From contig CP001848.1 in NCBI GenBank assembly GCA_000025185.1, positions 5,910,001 to 5,942,000 on the forward strand: a stretch of DNA of 32,000 nucleotides. The letters run 5' to 3'. The translations under genes were made by a program, and so were the position numbers. Shown in pieces: positions 7,565-17,163 of the stretch. The notes beneath the pieces are model-generated. The model did not search any database. It was not told where the DNA came from and saw only the letters and a list, made by a program, of their open reading frames with translations. The stretch comes from Pirellula staleyi DSM 6068. GTDB lineage: Bacteria; Planctomycetota; Planctomycetia; Pirellulales; Pirellulaceae. Every line of letters begins with the position of its first letter. Position 1 is the stretch's first letter.

Positions 7565-9985
7565 TTAGGCCGATTCTCCGGCGGCCGGGCTTGCATGGGG
7601 GAGTTCGAAGGCGAAAGTCGCGCCGCCACCTGGATTATTCTCCCCCCAGATCACTCCCCCGTGCGATTCAATAGCCCGGCGACAGATCGCTAGGCCAATA
7701 CCGGTGCCGTCGGGCTTGGTGGTGAAATAAGGCTCAAACAGGCAGCTTAATTTGTCGTTCGGAATGCCTCGCCCTTGGTCGATCACCCGCAAACGAACTG
7801 CCTGAGCGGTGGTGGATGTCTCAACCGTTAATTTGGCGGCTCCACCCTCGCTCGGTTCCGTCGCTTCGAGGCCGTTGCGGACGAGATTCAAAATGACTTG
7901 CTCGATCAGCAGACGATCGACCTTCACCAGCGGCAACGACTCTCCGAGTTCATACACCAGATCGATGCCCCGCTGACGGGCACTGATTTCCATCAGCATC
8001 CCAATCTCTTCCACACATTCGTTCAGATTGACAGGCTGACGATCGAGTTCCCCTTGACGAACAAAGCTGGTGATCCGCCGCACCACTTCCGAAGCGCGAC
8101 GCGCTTGCTGCATCATCTGCGCGGTCCAGTCGAGCAGCATCTGCTTGTTGGGGACTTCCCACCCTGCCACCAACCCTTGAGCTGCCTGCGCATAGTTCGC
8201 AAGTGCATAGAGTGGTTGATTCAGTTCGTGTGCCAACTCAGCCGCCAGCTGTCCCATCGTACTCAGCCGCTCGGCATGCGCGAGTTCGGCTTCGCGAGCC
8301 CTCACGCGTAGCGATTGTTCCTCGCGCGAGGTAATGTCACGCGAGAAAAAAATAATCTCGGCTAAACGCCCCGTGTGAGCGTCGTAGATCGGCTTACCCA
8401 TCGTTTCGAGCAGCACGTAATGACCATGCTTGTGACGGGCGCGACAAGTGAAGTTCGGAACATCGGGCCAGCGATCGATCGCCATCAGCAGTTCAGCAGC
8501 TTCGCGGCGATCGTCTACATGCACCACATCCATGGTGTAGGTGCCAACCAGTTCGGAAGGGTCGTAGCCCAACACCGACGTACACGCGCACGAGACATAA
8601 CGCCAAATGCCCGATGGATCGACGCGGCTGATCATGTCGGCCGATTGTTCGGCGAGCAATCGATAGCGCTCTTCACTTTCGCGAAGCTGTTCTTCCGCTT
8701 GCTTACGATCGGTGATGTCGATCAAGTAGCCAAACATCTGTGCCAAACGCGAACCACGCCAGTTCACGTTCACCACATCATGCACCCAAATGGTTCGGCC
8801 ATCGGCCCCCACGGTGCGATAGTCCCACTCATAGAGCTCTTGAGGGGCGATGATTTTCGAGCACAATTCCTCGCACATTTCGCGGTCATCGGGATGCACC
8901 AGATGATCGATCCAGAAACGTGGCTTCAGAAAATCGGCTTGGGGATAGCCCCAGATTTTTTCGGCTTGAGGGCCTACATACAGATAGACGTCGCTCACAC
9001 CGTCGGCTTCCCAGGGGACGATGCGGCTACTTTCTGCAAGTCGCCGGAAACGATCTTCGCGTCGCACCAGTAATTCCGCTTGCGAGTGTCGTTCGATGGC
9101 CAGCCCAGCGAGCCGTGCCGCCATTTCGGTGAGACGAATTTCTTCGGCATCAGGTGTGAACGGACGTGAGCGATAAAGCGCAAAAGTTCCGATCACCTCC
9201 TGAGATCCATCAAGAATCGGATGCGACCAAATTGCACGCAGATCGTACGGTTCCAGAATGGGAAGATAGGGAATTGTTCGCGAATCTTCACGCACATCGT
9301 GCACGATCACACGTTGCTTCAAGTACGCCGCCGCACCACACGCGCCAAATTCGGGTCCCACTGGAATATTACTGAACGTTGTCACTAACTCCGGAGGCAT
9401 CGACGGCGCTGCCACAATCCCCAAATGCTCGCGCTGCGCATCGAGCATCATCACACTCACGCGGGACCCAGGAAAATGCGCCTCGATTGTCTCGGCGAGC
9501 TTCGAAAGCATCGCCATCAGCGGCATCCCTTCCGTCATCTTGGTCACGATTTCATCGTGCGCATCAAGCATCTTGTCACGCTGCACCGTCGGCGTGAACT
9601 CGCGGTGCAATACCACCATTTCGACGGGACGACCATGCTGATCGGTCGATACCACCGCCACTTGCTCGCGCAGCCAGCGATACTCTCCCCAGCGATCGCA
9701 AAATCGATAATCAACCGAGTAGTTCTCGGAATTACCTGCCAGGAGCGACGACCAGGCCTCATACAACTTTTCGGCGTCGTCGTTATGCACGAGCTGCCGC
9801 CACGACGTGCGATAGGCTGGATGATCGACAATCGGCCGGAGCCAATCGGGACGCCCCACAATCTCGCACGTCCCCTCGTGAAGACTCACGAGCGTGAGGA
9901 ACGAACCGGTGCTATCCAGCGTATGCCGCAGCATCTCCAACAAACGTTGGCTCGTCGGTCGCTCGAAATAGCTGATGGCCATCAC
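7565..9985 (-). CDS. cytoplasmic sensor histidine kinase (PAS-GAF-PAS-PAS-HisKA-HATPase_c)
   Basis: 806 aa with no hydrophobic N-terminal segment. PAS-like blocks include ...YRFCDRWGEYRWLREQV... and ...WDYRTVGADGRTIWVHDVV... A GAF-like block spans aa ~150-300. The H-box is RLSTMGQLAAELAHELNQP. The N-box is NLVRNGLEA, and the G-boxes are DQGRGIP and TKPDGTGIGLAICR. The track start is GTG at 9985; an ATG follows at 9982. Confidence 0.9.
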   Translation of the reverse strand: MMAISYFERPTSQRLLEMLRHTLDSTGSFLTLVSLHEGTCEIVGRPDWLRPIVDHPAYRTSWRQLVHNDDAEKLYEAWSSLLAGNSENYSVDYRFCDRWGEYRWLREQVAVVSTDQHGRPVEMVVLHREFTPTVQRDKMLDAHDEIVTKMTEGMPLMAMLSKLAETIEAHFPGSRVSVMMLDAQREHLGIVAAPSMPPELVTTFSNIPVGPEFGACGAAAYLKQRVIVHDVREDSRTIPYLPILEPYDLRAIWSHPILDGSQEVIGTFALYRSRPFTPDAEEIRLTEMAARLAGLAIERHSQAELLVRREDRFRRLAESSRIVPWEADGVSDVYLYVGPQAEKIWGYPQADFLKPRFWIDHLVHPDDREMCEELCSKIIAPQELYEWDYRTVGADGRTIWVHDVVNVNWRGSRLAQMFGYLIDITDRKQAEEQLRESEERYRLLAEQSADMISRVDPSGIWRYVSCACTSVLGYDPSELVGTYTMDVVHVDDRREAAELLMAIDRWPDVPNFTCRARHKHGHYVLLETMGKPIYDAHTGRLAEIIFFSRDITSREEQSLRVRAREAELAHAERLSTMGQLAAELAHELNQPLYALANYAQAAQGLVAGWEVPNKQMLLDWTAQMMQQARRASEVVRRITSFVRQGELDRQPVNLNECVEEIGMLMEISARQRGIDLVYELGESLPLVKVDRLLIEQVILNLVRNGLEATEPSEGGAAKLTVETSTTAQAVRLRVIDQGRGIPNDKLSCLFEPYFTTKPDGTGIGLAICRRAIESHGGVIWGENNPGGGATFAFELPHASPAAGESA

Positions 9986-10338
9986 AGCACCTTCCCAGCA
10001 CTGCTCGGAAACTCACTTGAAATCAACCCGCCAAGTGCTTTCACTCGTCGCTGTATTCACTTTTTGCATCGCTGCTGTCCGCTCGGCTGCATAATACACC
10101 GTCTGCCAGCAACGAGTGATCACACCCCGTCGATTGCGGTAATAACTTCTAAGCCCCCTCAGGCTTGCGAAATCGCCTCTGGCAGATTTGCCCGATTCCA
10201 AGTCGCGATCCAAATCCTCTCACCAGTTGCCACGTGGGGGTACCCGGCCAACAATACTCTCTCACTGGTAAGTAATGAAACAGCACCCAAGACCGCTTTT
10301 TCCCACGATTTGATTCCTCCCTGCGTCAGGCGTTTCCT

Positions 10339-11286
10339 TTGCCAAGCTCCACCCCGATCGTCGAAACCTCGGAACTGACGAAGATCTACGGGCAGTTCAC
10401 GGCGCTCAGTCGCTGCTCGCTCTCCGTCGAGACTGGCGAGGTATTCGGACTGCTCGGGCCCAACGGAGCTGGAAAAACAACCCTCATTCGGCTGCTGCTC
10501 GGCTATCTCAAGCCCTCAGCTGGCAGCGCTAAAGTCTCAGGATTCGACTGCCACCGTCAATCGGTCGAAGTTCGCAAAGTCCTTTCTTATCTGCCCGCTG
10601 AAGCAGCCATGTTCCCCCACATGCGTGGTAAAGAAGTGCTGCAATTCTTCGCCGACGTCCGTCCAGGTGGAAGCCTCCCGCGCGCTCTCGAATTCGCCGA
10701 ACGCCTGGAACTCGACTTTTCCCGCCGGGTGAACTTCATGTCAACCGGCATGCGGCAGAAACTGGCCCTCGCAGCCACATTGGCGGCCGATACGCCGGTC
10801 TACATCCTCGACGAACCGACCGCCAACCTCGATCCGAACGTTCGGAGCACTGTATTGGCTATGGTCTCCGAAGCCCGGGCTCGTGGACGAACCGTTATCT
10901 TCTCGTCGCACGTCCTGTCGGAAGTTGAAGAAGTGTGCGACCGGGTGGTGATCGTGCGCAAAGGAGAACTCGTTTGTACGCAAGAAATGTCGCAGCTGCG
11001 CATGCAGCATCGCATTTTGTGCCGACTCGATGCTCCGCTCGACGAAGATCTCTCGTCGGCCATACCGGGACTTCGTGTGATCCGGCGTACCGATCGAGAA
11101 GTTGTCTTTGAAACTGCAGGGGAATTACAGCCGCTGCTTGGCTGGCTCGCTACCCTGCCCCTCTCCGATGTGAAGATCGAACCGGTCGGCCTGCGAGCGA
11201 TTTACGATCGATATCACAACACTCAGCCCGGCGCAGTGCAGTCGCCCCCCAGCACCCCTGAACTTTCCCTCGAAGGAGCGAAGTAG
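10339..11286 (+). CDS. ABC transporter ATP-binding protein
   Basis: Walker A GLLGPNGAGKTT, signature variant MSTGMRQKL, Walker B VYILDEPTANLD, and H-loop SSHVL. The start is a TTG per the ORF track, so it is uncertain. Confidence 0.9.
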   Translation: MPSSTPIVETSELTKIYGQFTALSRCSLSVETGEVFGLLGPNGAGKTTLIRLLLGYLKPSAGSAKVSGFDCHRQSVEVRKVLSYLPAEAAMFPHMRGKEVLQFFADVRPGGSLPRALEFAERLELDFSRRVNFMSTGMRQKLALAATLAADTPVYILDEPTANLDPNVRSTVLAMVSEARARGRTVIFSSHVLSEVEEVCDRVVIVRKGELVCTQEMSQLRMQHRILCRLDAPLDEDLSSAIPGLRVIRRTDREVVFETAGELQPLLGWLATLPLSDVKIEPVGLRAIYDRYHNTQPGAVQSPPSTPELSLEGAK

Positions 11287-11347
11287 CTGGCTCCACATCG
11301 AGCCCCCTGCCTCCCCTTCTCTTTCACGCGGGCTAATCCCGAACGCT

Positions 11348-12316
11348 ATGAACCGTGCTGTCCTGAAAAAATGCATCATCGAAGTCAGGCTGCTGCTAGC
11401 CGCGTGTGCTCTTGCGCTGTTTGCCTTCTGCTGGGTTCGCGTCTGGATCGTTAGCACCATCGAATCGAGCGTTTTCAGCTCGATTCTCGATAAACTGTGG
11501 GACAAATTCGAAAGTTTCGCGCCGGTCCCACTCAGCCAACTTGTCACCTACACCGGCCGCATTGCCATGACCTACGACGAGCCGATCGTGGTGATGTGCA
11601 TGTCGCTGTTTGCCATCGCTCGTGGCAGCGACGCCGTCAGTGGCGAGCTCAATCGTGGCACCATGGAGATGCTGCTCGCGCAGCCAGTGAGTCGCCTGCA
11701 AGTTCTCACCACACAGGCTATCGTCACGATCACCGGGGTCATCCTCCTCGCAGTTGCCAGCTATGCTGGCGTGGCTACTGGGGTGCAGCTCACCTCCGTG
11801 CAGGAAGAACCTCCCGCGCGGGTTCTCGAGATTCCGGGCTTCAGCTTCAACATTCCGCTGGAGTTCAAACCTCGTGAGAAGGTTACTATTCCGATGCGCG
11901 AGCGAGTGAAGACCGAGCATCTAATCCCCGGCGCGGTGAACTTGCTCTGCCTCGGCGTTTGCCTGGCGGGACTGGCCACGCTTGTTTCGTCGTGGGAACG
12001 CTATCGCTGGCGCACGATCGGCATCATCGTGACATTCTGGGTACTCTCGACCGTTGCGAAAGTCTTGGGAACAGCCGTCGATGGCTGGGAAGTACTCCGC
12101 TACGTCAGTATTTTCACGGCTTACGAGCCTCAGAAGTTCATCAGCATCGCGATGAACGCACCAGATTTTAACTGGGCACTTTCGTACGCATCGGCCAAGG
12201 GGCCGATCGAACTGGGACCGCTCGGCTGCAATCTGATCCTGCTCTTTATCGGAGCTGTCGGCTACATCTTTTCCGCCATTATCTTCATCAAGCGAGACCT
12301 CCCGGCCCCGCTTTAA
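11348..12316 (+). CDS. ABC-2 type transporter permease
   Basis: 322 aa with about six hydrophobic segments. It sits 61 nt downstream of the ABC ATPase on the same strand. A long loop between TM1 and TM2 is typical of ABC-2 permeases. No substrate can be inferred. Confidence 0.7.
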   Translation: MNRAVLKKCIIEVRLLLAACALALFAFCWVRVWIVSTIESSVFSSILDKLWDKFESFAPVPLSQLVTYTGRIAMTYDEPIVVMCMSLFAIARGSDAVSGELNRGTMEMLLAQPVSRLQVLTTQAIVTITGVILLAVASYAGVATGVQLTSVQEEPPARVLEIPGFSFNIPLEFKPREKVTIPMRERVKTEHLIPGAVNLLCLGVCLAGLATLVSSWERYRWRTIGIIVTFWVLSTVAKVLGTAVDGWEVLRYVSIFTAYEPQKFISIAMNAPDFNWALSYASAKGPIELGPLGCNLILLFIGAVGYIFSAIIFIKRDLPAPL

Positions 12317-12328
12317 GGATCAGCCGCC

Positions 12329-12359
12329 AGCGAATCGTGATATGAAGAGGCGATTCGCT
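12329..12359. terminator. perfect 9-bp hairpin between convergent genes (candidate bidirectional terminator)
   Basis: AGCGAATCG-(13 nt)-CGATTCGCT lies between the permease stop (12316) and the Rieske-DUF59 stop (12382). No U-tract on either strand. Confidence 0.4.
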
Positions 12360-12381
12360 TACTTCGGACAGCGTGGCGCGA

Positions 12382-13173
12382 TTAGAAAATGCCGAGTTGA
12401 TCTCGTGCGTCGTCGGTCATTTTGTCGGGAGTCCATGGTGGATCGAGAACGATCTTCACCTCGACATTGCCCACCTGATCAATCGCGGCGAGCACTTGCT
12501 TGCTGTTGGCGATCATTTGCGGACCAGCGGGGCACATTGGGCTGGTCATGGTCATGTCGATCTTCACATCGATCTTGCCCGACTCATGTGGCACGAGATC
12601 AACATTGTAGATCAGCCCCAGATCGACGATGTTCACGAACAACTCAGGATCGATCACCTTCTTGAGCTCTTCGCGAACACGATCTTCACTCAGTTCGCGG
12701 TTGGTCGATTCCGCTTCGGCCGCCGACGAAGGAGAGCTCTTCGCGACTCCATCATTCACCACTTCATTCGTGCCAAACGTGCTTTCTGGAGTGGCTGGCA
12801 TCCCGGTGGTTCCCGCTGTGCTCACCACTGGTGTGGGAACTGCAGGTCGCGGTGCATCGGGATCGTTCAGACGGATGTAAACCAAGCCCTCTTCCACTTT
12901 CACTTCGTGGGCTAGTGTATCTTCGGTTGCTGGCATCGTGAGCGCTTTGCCTGTTCGCAAATCGAACTTAGCGCCGTGACGTGGGCAAGCGATTTCGAGA
13001 CCGTCGATGCCACCATCACTCAGCGGGCCGCCGTCGTGCGTGCAGATATCGTCGATGCAGTACAGCTGACCACCCAGGTGTGCCAGCACCACCACGCGAT
13101 CATCCACTTCGAATAGATGATGACTCGGGTCGGGCAAATCTGCTAATCGAGCTACCTGCACAAACTCAGCCAT
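12382..13173 (-). CDS. Rieske [2Fe-2S] ferredoxin domain fused to a DUF59 (SufT/MIP18-like) Fe-S assembly domain
   Basis: ORF 12382..13203; the ATG at 13173 gives MAEFVQVARLADL. The N-terminal domain has Rieske ligands C-T-H (CTHDGG) and C-P-R-H (CPRHG), 16 residues apart. A P/T/S/A-rich linker of about 55 aa follows. The C-terminal part, VREELKKVIDPELFVNIVDLGLIYNV...DMTMTSPMCPAGPQM...VLDPPWTPDKMT, is the DUF59 pattern, including the T..P.CP motif. Confidence 0.8.
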   Translation of the reverse strand: MAEFVQVARLADLPDPSHHLFEVDDRVVVLAHLGGQLYCIDDICTHDGGPLSDGGIDGLEIACPRHGAKFDLRTGKALTMPATEDTLAHEVKVEEGLVYIRLNDPDAPRPAVPTPVVSTAGTTGMPATPESTFGTNEVVNDGVAKSSPSSAAEAESTNRELSEDRVREELKKVIDPELFVNIVDLGLIYNVDLVPHESGKIDVKIDMTMTSPMCPAGPQMIANSKQVLAAIDQVGNVEVKIVLDPPWTPDKMTDDARDQLGIF

Positions 13174-13275
13174 AACAAACACGATTCCAAAGATGGTTAG
13201 CAAGCAACAGCGTAGGCTCGATCGAACGATCGCCCCTAAATCGGCGATGACTGAAACAGAGCTAGTCGCAATCCA

Positions 13276-14607
13276 CTAGACGTATTCGCGAACACGCCTG
13301 CTGATGGCGAGGCCCAAAGCATCGCGCACTTGCTCGAGCGTGATGCGATCGAAAATCTGCTGAAAGAAGCCGGTCACGATCATCCGTGTTGCTTCTTTGC
13401 GGGTAAAGCCGCGTGCTTGGGCGTAGAAGATCAGTTCTTCATCAACCTTGCCGGTGGTGCTGCCGTGGGTGCAGCGCACATCGTCGGCCTCGATTTCCAG
13501 ACCAGGAATCGAGTCGGCTCGGGAAGTAGCAGAGAGCAGCAGGTTATCATTGCGCTGATACCCGTTGGTCTTCTGCGCTGCTTTGTCGACCTTGATCATC
13601 CCGCGCCAAACGGTGCGTGATTTGTCTTGCAAAGCGCTCTTGTAGAGGAAATCGCTAATGCACTGTGGCGCTTTGTGATGCTGCAGCGTGTGATACGACA
13701 GGTGCTGCTTGTCTTCAGAGAAGAGCACGCCGTTCACCTGGCTCTCGGCACCAATGCCCGCGAGCTCGACATGTTGATTCACTTTCGCCAAGCGGCTGCC
13801 GATGGCTGCGATCGTCCATTGCAGCGAAGCATCGCGCCCCAGCACTGCTTTTTGATGAGCAAAGTGCCAAACACCAAGACCCCAATTCTGCAGGCTCACC
13901 AGCCGCAAGCGCGAGTTGGCACGCTGAATCACTTCGGTTGCACCGCAGTGCATGCCAGCATCTTTTTCGCCGTGGCTGGCGGTTTCGCTCAGCACAGTCG
14001 CTTCAGCGCCCTCTTCGAGCACCACCAGGGTGTGCCCCATGTCGCAGCCACCATGATGCAAGGCCGAGAGCATGTGCACAGGCTCATCGATGACCACGCC
14101 GCGCGGCACGTAGAGGAATTGACCTCCCGACCAGCATGCGGCATGGAGCGAGGCAAAACGATCGTAGGCGGGGTTCATCGCTTCGGTGAATAGGTAGCGC
14201 CGGATCAAGTCGCCGTGCGTGTGCACGAGTTGATCGAGGCTACCAAACACAACACCCTTGGCGGCCCACTTGGGATCGAGGATCGATTTGACAGGTCGGC
14301 TGTCGACCGCGGAGGTACTGCCAGCCAGCTGGACACCGACGTTCAGCAGCGGCTGCGTGGTTTCAGCAGCTTCGAGCGATCCGATCGGCAGCTGATACTG
14401 ATCGGGCTTAAACAGGCGGATATCGGTACGAATCCACTCTTCGCTGTTACGAGCAGGCCACGACTGCGTTTGAAAAACGTCCCACCAGCGGCGACGCAAA
14501 TCCACGAGCCATGCAGGCTCATTTCGCGAAGCCAGAAATGCCTCGAACGAACGCTGCGTAAACCCCACAAGGCTTTCCGTTGCAGCAGAGGAAACAGTTG
14601 AACTCAT
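13276..14607 (-). CDS. sufD: Fe-S cluster assembly protein SufD
   Basis: 443 aa located downstream of sufB. The C-terminal SufB/SufD-family beta-helix sequence reads ...IPGLEIEADDVRCTHGSTTGKVDEELIFYAQARGFTRKEATRMIV... The N-terminus is divergent, as is typical of SufD. Confidence 0.85.
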   Translation of the reverse strand: MSSTVSSAATESLVGFTQRSFEAFLASRNEPAWLVDLRRRWWDVFQTQSWPARNSEEWIRTDIRLFKPDQYQLPIGSLEAAETTQPLLNVGVQLAGSTSAVDSRPVKSILDPKWAAKGVVFGSLDQLVHTHGDLIRRYLFTEAMNPAYDRFASLHAACWSGGQFLYVPRGVVIDEPVHMLSALHHGGCDMGHTLVVLEEGAEATVLSETASHGEKDAGMHCGATEVIQRANSRLRLVSLQNWGLGVWHFAHQKAVLGRDASLQWTIAAIGSRLAKVNQHVELAGIGAESQVNGVLFSEDKQHLSYHTLQHHKAPQCISDFLYKSALQDKSRTVWRGMIKVDKAAQKTNGYQRNDNLLLSATSRADSIPGLEIEADDVRCTHGSTTGKVDEELIFYAQARGFTRKEATRMIVTGFFQQIFDRITLEQVRDALGLAISRRVREYV

Positions 14608-14706
14608 AGTCGAATCTCGGTCGGCAAAACGATTAGCGTGCGTGACGAATCATCACAGCAACGAAAGCTCGAAACGCTGGAGTTGTTTCCAGCAGATCTC
14701 TGGCGA

Positions 14707-16122
14707 CTAACCTACCGATCCCTCCATCTGCAGCTGAATGAGGCGGTTCATTTCGACGGCATATTCCATCGGCAACTCTTTGACGAGTGGCTCGATAAAG
14801 CCGTTCACAATCATCGTGCTTGCTTCGGCTTCGGTGAGGCCGCGGCTGGTGAGGTAGAACAACTGTTCCTCCCCAATGCGCGAGACACTCGCTTCGTGGC
14901 CGATCGAAACATCTTGCTCGGCGATTTCGATGTAGGGGTAAGTGTCGCTGCGGCTCTTGTCGTCGAGAATCAGCGCGTCGCAAACGACGTTGGTCTTGAC
15001 GTTCGTCGCACCTTTTTCGACACGCACGAGACCACGATAGCTCGAACGACCACCATTCTTACTAATGCTCTTGCTGATGATCTGGCCCGTGGTGTTCGGA
15101 GCACAGTGCACCAGCTTGGCACCAGCATCTTGATGCTGACCAGCACCAGCAAAGGCGATTGACAGGATCTCGCCGCGAGCGCCGGGCTCCATCATGTAGA
15201 CAGCGGGATACTTCATCGTGAGATGCGATCCTAGGTTGCCATCGACCCATTCCATCGTGGCGTCGGCGTAGGCCATCGCCCGCTTGGTCACGAGGTTATA
15301 GATGTTGTTGGCCCAGTTCTGGATCGTCGTGTAACGGCAGCGACCGCCACGTTTCACCAGGATTTCGACAACGGCGGAGTGGAGCGATTCGCTGCTGTAC
15401 ATCGGGGCGGTACAACCTTCGACGTAATGCACGCTGGCACCTTCGTCGACGATGATCAGCGTACGCTCGAACTGCCCCATCCGCTCGGCATTGATGCGGA
15501 AGTAGGCCTGCATCGGGAAATCGATCTTCACACCCTTGGGAATGTAAATGAACGAACCACCCGACCAAACGGCACTGTTGAGCGCGGCGAACTTGTTGTC
15601 GTCTGGCGGAATGACGGTGGCAAAGTATTCGCGGAAGAGTTTGGGATGCTCTTTCATCGCGGTATCGGTGTCGGTGAAGATCACACCCTTTTCGGCGAGA
15701 TCTTCTTTCAGCGAACCGTAAACCACTTCGCTCTCGAACTGAGCCTTCACGCCGGCGAGGAATTTCTTCTCCGCTTCGGGAATGCCAAGCTTGTCGAACG
15801 TGTCTTTGATTTCGGTCGGCACATCGTCCCAAGTGTGACCTTGGTGATCGGTGGGCTTCAGATAGTAGTAGATGTCTTGAAAGTCGAGCGAGACATCGCC
15901 GCCCCATTTGGGCATCGGCTTGGCGAAGAACGTTTCGAGCGAACGGAGGCGGAATTGCCGCATCCAATCGGGCTCGTTCTTCATGTCGGAGATCTGGTTG
16001 ACGATCTCGGCATCGAGACCTTTCCGTGCTTTGAACACGGCGGTCGACTCCGTGCGGAAGTCGTATTTGTTGATCTCGCCGATAGGGTCGGCTGAGGTGT
16101 CGGTCGTGAGGTCAGTGGCCAT
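14707..16122 (-). CDS. sufB: Fe-S cluster assembly scaffold protein SufB
   Basis: 471 aa. Strongly SufB-like throughout: ...[22 protein letters not shown]...[18 protein letters not shown]...[21 protein letters not shown]...[35 protein letters not shown]... Confidence 0.95.
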   Translation of the reverse strand: MATDLTTDTSADPIGEINKYDFRTESTAVFKARKGLDAEIVNQISDMKNEPDWMRQFRLRSLETFFAKPMPKWGGDVSLDFQDIYYYLKPTDHQGHTWDDVPTEIKDTFDKLGIPEAEKKFLAGVKAQFESEVVYGSLKEDLAEKGVIFTDTDTAMKEHPKLFREYFATVIPPDDNKFAALNSAVWSGGSFIYIPKGVKIDFPMQAYFRINAERMGQFERTLIIVDEGASVHYVEGCTAPMYSSESLHSAVVEILVKRGGRCRYTTIQNWANNIYNLVTKRAMAYADATMEWVDGNLGSHLTMKYPAVYMMEPGARGEILSIAFAGAGQHQDAGAKLVHCAPNTTGQIISKSISKNGGRSSYRGLVRVEKGATNVKTNVVCDALILDDKSRSDTYPYIEIAEQDVSIGHEASVSRIGEEQLFYLTSRGLTEAEASTMIVNGFIEPLVKELPMEYAVEMNRLIQLQMEGSVG

Positions 16123-16198
16123 GCTTGGACTGCTTCTAAAAGTGGCTGGCGTGCTGGGGAGTAGCTAGCGCGATCACGCAAGAGCGTGCTTACGACGA

Positions 16199-17020
16199 CT
16201 AACCCACTGCCTGAGGCTGCTTGGATTCGAGCGCCTCGTTCTGCTGTGCTGCGTCGGGATACATCCGGCGAATACGGTCGTAACCTTGCGTGTGGAGTTC
16301 GTCGGCCAGTTCGGCTCCGCCGGTTTCCACAATACGTCCGCCCAGAATCACGTGTGTGAACTGAGGCGGGTTGTGTTCGAGGAGTTTGTCGTGGTGCGTG
16401 ATGATGAGCAGGCCCATCTTCTCGCGACCAATCTCGGCGATGCTTTGGCTCGCGAGGCGAACCGCATCAGCGTCGAGACCAGAGTCGGTTTCGTCGAGGA
16501 TGGCAATCTTGGGCTGCAGCATCGCCAGTTGCAGGATTTCGGCCCGTTTCATTTCGCCACCCGAAAAGCCGTCGTTCACGTAACGACGTGCAAAATCAGG
16601 GTCCATCCGAAGCTGCTCCATCTTGCCTTTGAGTTCCTTACGAAACTCACGCATTGGAATCAGTTCTTCACCCTCTTTGCGGTTCGGGTTACGAACGTTC
16701 GACGACGCATGACGCAGGAAGTCGGCCAGCTTCACGCCAGGAATAGCCACGGGGCGCTGGAAGGCATAGAAGAGCCCCATGCGAGCTCGTTCATCGACTT
16801 CACGTTCGGTGATGTTCTCACCGTTGAAGTAGATCGCTCCTTCAGTCACTTCGTACTTCGGATGTCCCATGATCACGAGACCGAGCGTGCTCTTGCCGCT
16901 GCCGTTAGGTCCCATTAAGGCGTGCGTTTCGCCCTTTTTGATCTCGAGATTCACGCCACGAAGGATTTGTTTTCCTTCTACCGAGACGTGCAGGTTTTCA
17001 ATACGAAGCGTGTCGGTCAT
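16199..17020 (-). CDS. sufC: Fe-S cluster assembly ATPase SufC
   Basis: MTDTLRIENLHVSVEGKQILRGVNLEIKKGETHALMGPNGSGKSTL..., FSGGEMKRAEILQ, IAILDETDSGLD and ITHH match SufC. The ATG at 17020 is preferred over the GTG at 17032. Confidence 0.95.
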   Translation of the reverse strand: MTDTLRIENLHVSVEGKQILRGVNLEIKKGETHALMGPNGSGKSTLGLVIMGHPKYEVTEGAIYFNGENITEREVDERARMGLFYAFQRPVAIPGVKLADFLRHASSNVRNPNRKEGEELIPMREFRKELKGKMEQLRMDPDFARRYVNDGFSGGEMKRAEILQLAMLQPKIAILDETDSGLDADAVRLASQSIAEIGREKMGLLIITHHDKLLEHNPPQFTHVILGGRIVETGGAELADELHTQGYDRIRRMYPDAAQQNEALESKQPQAVG

Positions 17021-17163
17021 GATCAAATTCACCCTCAGCTCGGAGTTGCAAAAGATGCAAAACTCGCGAGCAATTACAAAACTGTTACTTACGATCTTCT
17101 CAAGAGTTGCTTAGTAACTTCCAAGATACTCTTAAGCTCTGTTTAAATTATTCGTCTCAAACA

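Noticed and set aside
9425-10378. 317-aa plus-strand ORF spanning the kinase 5' region and the intergenic spacer
   Set aside because: It is antisense to the PAS domains of the kinase and has an Arg/His-rich shadow composition. It would also overlap the ABC ATPase start.
17021-17163. AT-rich 143-nt spacer as a possible small gene or foreign DNA
   Set aside because: There is no ORF and the spacer is too short to be an island. It is better explained as the sufC promoter or leader region, and it hosts the TTTTGCA repeat and an AAGAGT/ACTCTT inverted repeat.
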